Part shown: in pieces, positions 27,577 through 32,000 of the stretch
How the letters are laid out: each line of letters starts with the position of its first letter
Position numbering within the stretch: position 1 is the stretch's first letter
From: Synechocystis sp. PCC 6803 substr. PCC-P
GTDB taxonomy: Bacteria > Cyanobacteriota > Cyanobacteriia > Cyanobacteriales > Microcystaceae
DNA: 32,000 nucleotides
Direction: 5' to 3'
Assembly (NCBI RefSeq): GCF_000284455.1
Contig: NC_017039.1
Coordinates: 510,001 to 542,000 of the forward strand
Translations under genes and position numbers: made by a program
Notes under the pieces: generated by a model
What the model was told of the DNA's origin: nothing
Databases searched by the model: none
The model's input: only the letters and a program-made list of their open reading frames with translations

Positions 27577-28520
27577 ATCTGCCTCAACCAATAGAAACCG
27601 CCGCCGCAAAAATTTTGGTGGTGGACGATGACGGTTTTATGAGGATGCAACTGCGGGTTTATTTGCAAAAGGAAGGACACCGGGTAGAACTGGCTACCAA
27701 TGGGGAAGAAGCCCTAACCAAATTTGCCGAAATTAAACCAGAAGTGGTGCTACTGGATGCCGTGATGCCCGTCATGGATGGCTTTGCCTGTTGTCAGGCC
27801 CTGATGAAAATTTATCAAAATCCTTCCCCATTGGTATTAATGATCACAGGGCTAGATGATGAAGCCTCGGTGGATCGGGCCTTTGAAGCAGGGGCGATCG
27901 ACTATGTGACCAAACCCATTCATTGGGCGGTGCTGCGGCAGAGGGTAAAACGTTTGCTCTATCAAAACCGCCTTCAACACCAATTGGAATCCGTCAACCA
28001 AATGTTGGAGCGCTTAGCTAAGGTGGATCAACTTACCCAGTTGGCCAACCGTCGTCAACTGGAGTTATTTCTCGACACGGAATGGTCCGAAGCAATCCGA
28101 GAACAGTATCCTTTTTCTATTCTGCTGTGTGACATAGATTATTTCAAAAACTATAACGACCATTATGGTCACCAGGGGGGCGACGACTGCTTACAACAGG
28201 TGGCTAAGGCTTTAACCAGGGTGGTGCACCGTCCTAAGGATTTGGCCGCTCGCTACGGTGGGGAAGAATTTTTGATTGTCCTACCCAACACAGACCTCCA
28301 AGGGGCCATCCACATCGGTGAAGACATCCAGGCGGAGATTACCCGTCTAGCTATTCCCCACGTCCAATCGGCGATCGCCGACCATGTCACCCTGAGCATT
28401 GGTTGTGCCAGCACCATTCCCCGCCTAGGCAGTGATTGGGGAAAGTTGGTGGGGGCAGCGGATCAATATTTGTATGAAGCTAAGGCCCAAGGGCGTAATC
28501 GTTTAGTCAGTGGTCGATGA
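27573..28520 (+). CDS. Response regulator with a GGDEF diguanylate cyclase output (REC-GGDEF)
   Basis: 315 aa. The REC domain shows [11 protein letters not shown]...[11 protein letters not shown]...VTKP. The GGDEF domain has an intact GGEEF (aa 229-233) and an RxxD I-site (RPKD, aa 220-223) five residues upstream. The ATG overlaps the kinase stop (ATGA at 27573-27576). Confidence 0.9.
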
Positions 28521-29122
28521 GGGGAAGAACCCATGGGATAATCAGGCCAACACTACTCCGACCTATTTTTTTGATGAAATTTTTTACCGCTATGCGCGAC
28601 ATTCTTATTAGTCTGACCGTTGTTACTTTTTTTAGCTTGGTGTTAATTTCCGTGGCCATTTTTGGTAAATCTTCTCCGTCGGCGATCGCCGCTCCCCAGG
28701 AAGTTAAACCAGTCCAAATTGCCCAAGCTTCTGCCCTACAAACCCCGGAACCATCTCCCATGACTGCCGAAAATTCCGCCAATATTGTCACCACCGAGTC
28801 TGGATTGCAATACATCGATGAAGTGGTAGGGGAAGGCCCCAGCCCCACTAAAGGCCAAAAAGTAGAAGTACACTACACTGGCCGCCTCACCGACGGCACT
28901 AAGTTTGATAGCTCCGTGGACCGCAATAAGCCTTTTACCTTCACCATTGGCGTCGGCCAGGTGATCAAAGGTTGGGACGAAGGGGTGGCCACCATGCAAG
29001 TGGGTGGTAAGCGTAAACTGATCATTCCACCGGACTTGGCCTATGGCTCCCGGGGAGCGGGTGGTGTAATTCCCCCCAATGCCACCTTGGAATTTGAAGT
29101 GGAATTGCTTGGTATTAAGTAG
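28517..29122 (+). CDS. FKBP-type peptidyl-prolyl cis-trans isomerase with an N-terminal hydrophobic leader
   Basis: The C-terminal FKBP domain reads [38 protein letters not shown]...[33 protein letters not shown]...[12 protein letters not shown]. The ATG at 28517 overlaps the upstream stop (ATGA). An alternative start at 28574 ([11 protein letters not shown]) sits immediately before the hydrophobic segment. Confidence 0.9.
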
Positions 29123-29218
29123 TTTTTGGCGGATTTTTGTCCTAGAACGGAACTGGATAAGCCCCCTTGCTTCCTAATTTTGGGGAAAATCAAAATCCCC
29201 AGTATGGCGGGAGTTTTA

Positions 29219-29339
29219 GAACTTGTTTGAAAAGCCCCCCTGACCCCCCAAATTTGGGGGGAAAGAGAGGCGAAATCCCCCAGAATTGCAGAGCTGTGAG
29301 GAAATTTAGGTAGCAAGATAAGACCTTACAAACCGGCTC
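29219..29339. mobile_element. Candidate 121-bp MITE related to the IS5-family element at 10973-11522
   Basis: Together with its flanking tta, the left end ttagaacttgtttgaaaag matches the IS left end ttagaaaatgtttgaaaag (differing at only 2 of 19 positions). The right end acaaaccggctc+tta resembles the IS right end tcaaacgcgctc+tta. Both elements are flanked by tta (29216-29218 and 29340-29342). There is no coding capacity. Confidence 0.4.
29244..29261. repeat. Perfect 18-bp palindrome ccccccaaatttgggggg inside the MITE-like element
   Basis: Read directly from the sequence. It lies between the convergent FKBP (+) and 5-FCL (-) genes. It could form a GC-clamped hairpin on either strand and act as a bidirectional terminator, but there are no flanking U-tracts. 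Confidence 0.85.
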
Positions 29340-29389
29340 TTAGGGGGAAAATGGCGACCTTTCAGCCCTTCTTTCGACGAAAATCCCTC

Positions 29390-29956
29390 TTAACAACTCT
29401 CAATTTGGATAATCTGCTTTTCCGTCACTAGGGTTTGCAGGGGCATATCCCAAGGATCGTGGGGTAATTTTTCCCTCAAACCCGCCTCGAATAATATGCC
29501 CACCTTCGGTACTGCTCGCCATAATGGATCGGCAAACAGTCGGTCATAATAGCCGCCGCCATAACCCAAACGATATCCTTGGCGATCGCCTGCTAGGCAA
29601 GGCACTAGCAATAAATCCACTGTGTTTGGTGACCAAATTTCAGTCTGATCGGCGGGCACTTTAATGCCATAGGCTCCGGTGGTTAACGGTTGTCCCCATT
29701 GCCACGGATGCCAAACCAAACTTTTTTGCACACAGCGGGGCAATACCCAAACTTTTGCTTTCCCTAGGCGATCGAACAAGGGTTGTAAATCCGCTTCCCG
29801 TTGGGTACTGCAATAGGCACAAATCCGGCTGGCCTGCTGAAAAACCGACCATTGCTGGAGTTGGGCACATAGTTCCAGGCTTTGCTGTTGCCATTGGGCC
29901 TCGGACAATTGCCTTCTTTCTTGTAGTAATTGGGCTCGTAATTGGGCTTTATCCAC
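29390..29956 (-). CDS. 5-formyltetrahydrofolate cyclo-ligase
   Basis: 188 aa. The N-terminus KAQLRAQLLQERRQLS is typical of the family, and the conserved LGYGGGYYDR motif is present near the C-terminus. Confidence 0.85.
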   Translation of the reverse strand: MDKAQLRAQLLQERRQLSEAQWQQQSLELCAQLQQWSVFQQASRICAYCSTQREADLQPLFDRLGKAKVWVLPRCVQKSLVWHPWQWGQPLTTGAYGIKVPADQTEIWSPNTVDLLLVPCLAGDRQGYRLGYGGGYYDRLFADPLWRAVPKVGILFEAGLREKLPHDPWDMPLQTLVTEKQIIQIESC

Positions 29957-30112
29957 GGCGACTCAGAAAGGGCAAGATTAGCGGAGTTATCCACTGCTTA
30001 CAATGATGCCGATTGTGGTGGATAGCCCGCGCTATTAATGGCCATGGTACTGGCATTTTCCGGTTTAATGCTGGCTGTATAACTAAGGCGATCGCCGTTT
30101 GTAGGAGTTCAT

Positions 30113-30865
30113 TTGGCTAATATCACCGTTCAAGGCAAAACTTTTACCCAGATCCAAGCCCTAATTTTCGATAAGGACGGCACTCTGGAAAATTCCAAGG
30201 TGTATCTGGAAAAACTCACCGTGGCTAGGTTGGCCCTATTGGAACAGGGAATACCAGCCGCAAACTTTGGCGATCGCCTGGCTGGGGCCTTTGGTTTTGA
30301 CCGGAGCAGTGCTCAGTTAGATCCAGGGGGACTAATGGCGGTGGGCAGTCGTCGGGATAATGTTATTGCCGCCGCTAGCTACATTGCCGAACAGGGCTAT
30401 GGCTGGTTCCAGAGTTTGGACATTGCTAACCAATGTTTTGACCAGGCCGATCGCCAAATTATTGCCAATGCCCATACCTGTCCCATGTTCCCCGGAGTAG
30501 TGGACAGCCTTACATTGTGGCAACAACAGGGGGTAAAAATTGCCATCCTTTCCGCCGCCCGCCAAAGGAGTGTGGAACGGTTCATTGCCGATCACCAATT
30601 GCAAAGCCTAGTGGATGTGGCTAAGGGGTCGGACCAAGGACTCAGTAAACCTGATCCAGCTTTATACCTTTTAACCTGCCGGGAGTTGGGCGTGAAACCG
30701 GAGCACACCTTGATGATTGGGGATGCCCAGGGGGATATCACCATGGCCAAAGGGGCCCATGCCCAAGGGGCGATCGCCATTCACTGGCCTGGTTATGCCC
30801 AGGGAAACCTAGTGGGGACCGACGCCACCATCGCCGATTTACAGCAAATTCACTGCCAGCCCTAA
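30113..30865 (+). CDS. HAD-superfamily hydrolase (phosphatase-like)
   Basis: 250 aa.
- HAD motif I: LIFDKDGTLENS
- Motif II: AILSAAR
- Motif III: Lys in LSKPDP
- Motif IV: MIGDAQGD

The TTG start is supported by an AGGAG element 5 nt upstream (gtAGGAGttcatTTG). Confidence 0.8.
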   Translation: MANITVQGKTFTQIQALIFDKDGTLENSKVYLEKLTVARLALLEQGIPAANFGDRLAGAFGFDRSSAQLDPGGLMAVGSRRDNVIAAASYIAEQGYGWFQSLDIANQCFDQADRQIIANAHTCPMFPGVVDSLTLWQQQGVKIAILSAARQRSVERFIADHQLQSLVDVAKGSDQGLSKPDPALYLLTCRELGVKPEHTLMIGDAQGDITMAKGAHAQGAIAIHWPGYAQGNLVGTDATIADLQQIHCQP

Positions 30866-30964
30866 ACACCCCCAACGGCCTAGCCCCAGCTTGAGCCGAA
30901 ACAACAAACGTGGGAAGATAGCCCTTGCCCGTCGTCCTGGTTCTTAGTTTTTTGGTTAGTTCCT

Positions 30965-32000
30965 ATGCAGTGCCGTGTTTGTGATTCTACCCGTCTAGAT
31001 TTGGCGATCGATTTGGGGGAACAACCCTGGTGTAACCATTTTCTCACCCCGGCGGAAGTGGGCCAGGAACCCTATTATCCCCTGCGGGTTTTATACTGCC
31101 AGGACTGCGGCACCGTGCAGTTGGACTACACAGTTAAAAAAGAAATCATGTTTGGGGACCACACCTATTTGTCCGGTGTGACCAAATCCCTCAGTGATCA
31201 TTTTGCTCGGGTGGCCCAGGAAGTGGACGAACGCTTTTTTGCCAATACTCCCGGAAAATCCGTGCTGGACATTGGCTCCAACGATGGCACCCAACTAAAA
31301 CATTTCCAAGCCTTGGGTTACGACGTACTGGGGGTGGAATCCTCCAAAACCACTGCCAAAATTGCCAACGATGCGGGGGTGCCCACCCTGAATGATTTTT
31401 TCAATTTGGAAGTAGTCGAAAAGTTAGGGCGTAAATTTTCCGCCATTAATGCGGCGGGCGTCTTTTTCCATCTCGAAGAACTCCATTCCGTAACGGAAGG
31501 TATTCGGGAAGCGTTGGCAGAAGATGGGGTATTTGTGGTGCAGTTTCTTTACATGAAACGCATTGTGGAAAACCTGGCTTTCGACCAAATTTACCACGAG
31601 CATTTACTGTACTATAATCTCCAAACCATCGAAGTGTTGCTCAATCGCCATGGACTGTCCATGTTTGATGCCTACTTAGCTCCTATCCACGGTGGTTCCA
31701 TTGTCGGTTTTGTCACCCATCAAGGCAAACGGCAACCCACAGAACGGCTCCAGGCCATGCGCCAGTCGGAAATAGATGAAAAAAGTAATGATTACCAAAC
31801 CTACCTTGATTTTGCCCAACGCATTGAAACGATGAAGGCAGAAAACCTGGCCTATTTAGACGAAGCTAAGCAAGCTGGTAAAACCGTTTGGGGCTTTGGC
31901 GCTCCGGTGAAGGGTAATACCTTGCTCAATTACTTTGGCATTGGTACCCAATATTTAGACTATTTGGTGGAAAAAAATGAGCTACGGCGGGGCTTGGTTT
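30965..32000 (+). CDS. SAM-dependent C-methyltransferase (NDP-hexose C-methyltransferase-like), 5' part; continues beyond the window
   Basis: This ORF is absent from the ORF track because it has no stop inside the window. I translated it by hand from the ATG at 30965 and found 345 codons with no stop.
- N-terminal Zn-ribbon: CRVC...CQDCG
- SAM motif: VLDIGSNDGTQL
- FDQIYHEHLLYY and the C-terminal GFGAPVKGNTLLNYFGI, both typical of sugar C-methyltransferases. Confidence 0.8.
   Translation, partial: MQCRVCDSTRLDLAIDLGEQPWCNHFLTPAEVGQEPYYPLRVLYCQDCGTVQLDYTVKKEIMFGDHTYLSGVTKSLSDHFARVAQEVDERFFANTPGKSVLDIGSNDGTQLKHFQALGYDVLGVESSKTTAKIANDAGVPTLNDFFNLEVVEKLGRKFSAINAAGVFFHLEELHSVTEGIREALAEDGVFVVQFLYMKRIVENLAFDQIYHEHLLYYNLQTIEVLLNRHGLSMFDAYLAPIHGGSIVGFVTHQGKRQPTERLQAMRQSEIDEKSNDYQTYLDFAQRIETMKAENLAYLDEAKQAGKTVWGFGAPVKGNTLLNYFGIGTQYLDYLVEKNELRRGLV

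Noticed and set aside
23708-27680. Short ORFs inside or antisense to the hybrid kinase and REC-GGDEF genes (for example 25296-25583, 25971-26234, 26343-26558, 26812-27084, 27498-27680).
   Set aside because: They are all nested within a continuous 1462-aa multi-domain reading frame with canonical kinase, REC and HPt motifs, and have no independent support.
29180-29205. The hairpin tgggga-aaatcaaaa-tcccca downstream of the FKBP gene, considered as an intrinsic terminator.
   Set aside because: The stem is only 6 bp, the loop is 9 nt, and no U-tract follows. This is too weak to annotate. The 18-bp palindrome nearby is the better candidate.
29041-29316. A 91-aa minus-strand ORF spanning the FKBP 3' end and the MITE-like element.
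   Set aside because: It reads through the palindrome and repeat sequence, overlaps a well-supported gene, and has no motifs.

Overview
The window looks like a Synechocystis PCC 6803-type cyanobacterial chromosome segment. It has a mid-range G+C content and about 29 copies of the HIP1 palindrome GCGATCGC. I recognise the gene content from memory but could not verify it by search.

Gene order:
- chlH 3' part (+)
- an AT-rich island carrying one 672-aa ABC-type ATPase-TOPRIM (OLD-like) gene (+)
- polytopic membrane protein (-), mazG (-), GT2 glycosyltransferase that is possibly cruG (-), and a PAS histidine kinase (-)
- an orphan DUF4351 gene tail next to a decayed 550-bp IS5-family derivative
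- MCE/MlaD-like ycf22 (-), MlaF-like ABC ATPase (-), and a small HTH-like protein (-)
- a 1749-aa exported giant protein: signal peptide, two-partner-secretion (TPS) domain, beta-helix, (EP)104 tract, CHAT protease (+)
- gpsA (+) and a PAT-like GNAT (-)
- NtcA-type promoter plus glnA (+)
- a translationally coupled hybrid kinase, REC-GGDEF and FKBP operon (+)
- a 121-bp MITE-like element at a convergent gene junction
- 5-formyl-THF cyclo-ligase (-), HAD hydrolase (+), and a sugar C-methyltransferase-like ORF that is open at the window end and missing from the ORF track (+)

I found no rRNA, tRNA or CRISPR array.

Best candidates for novel biology:
1. The compositionally foreign single-gene ATPase-TOPRIM island, a candidate standalone defence nuclease.
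2. The TPS-(EP)104-CHAT giant protein, which has no adjacent TpsB transporter.
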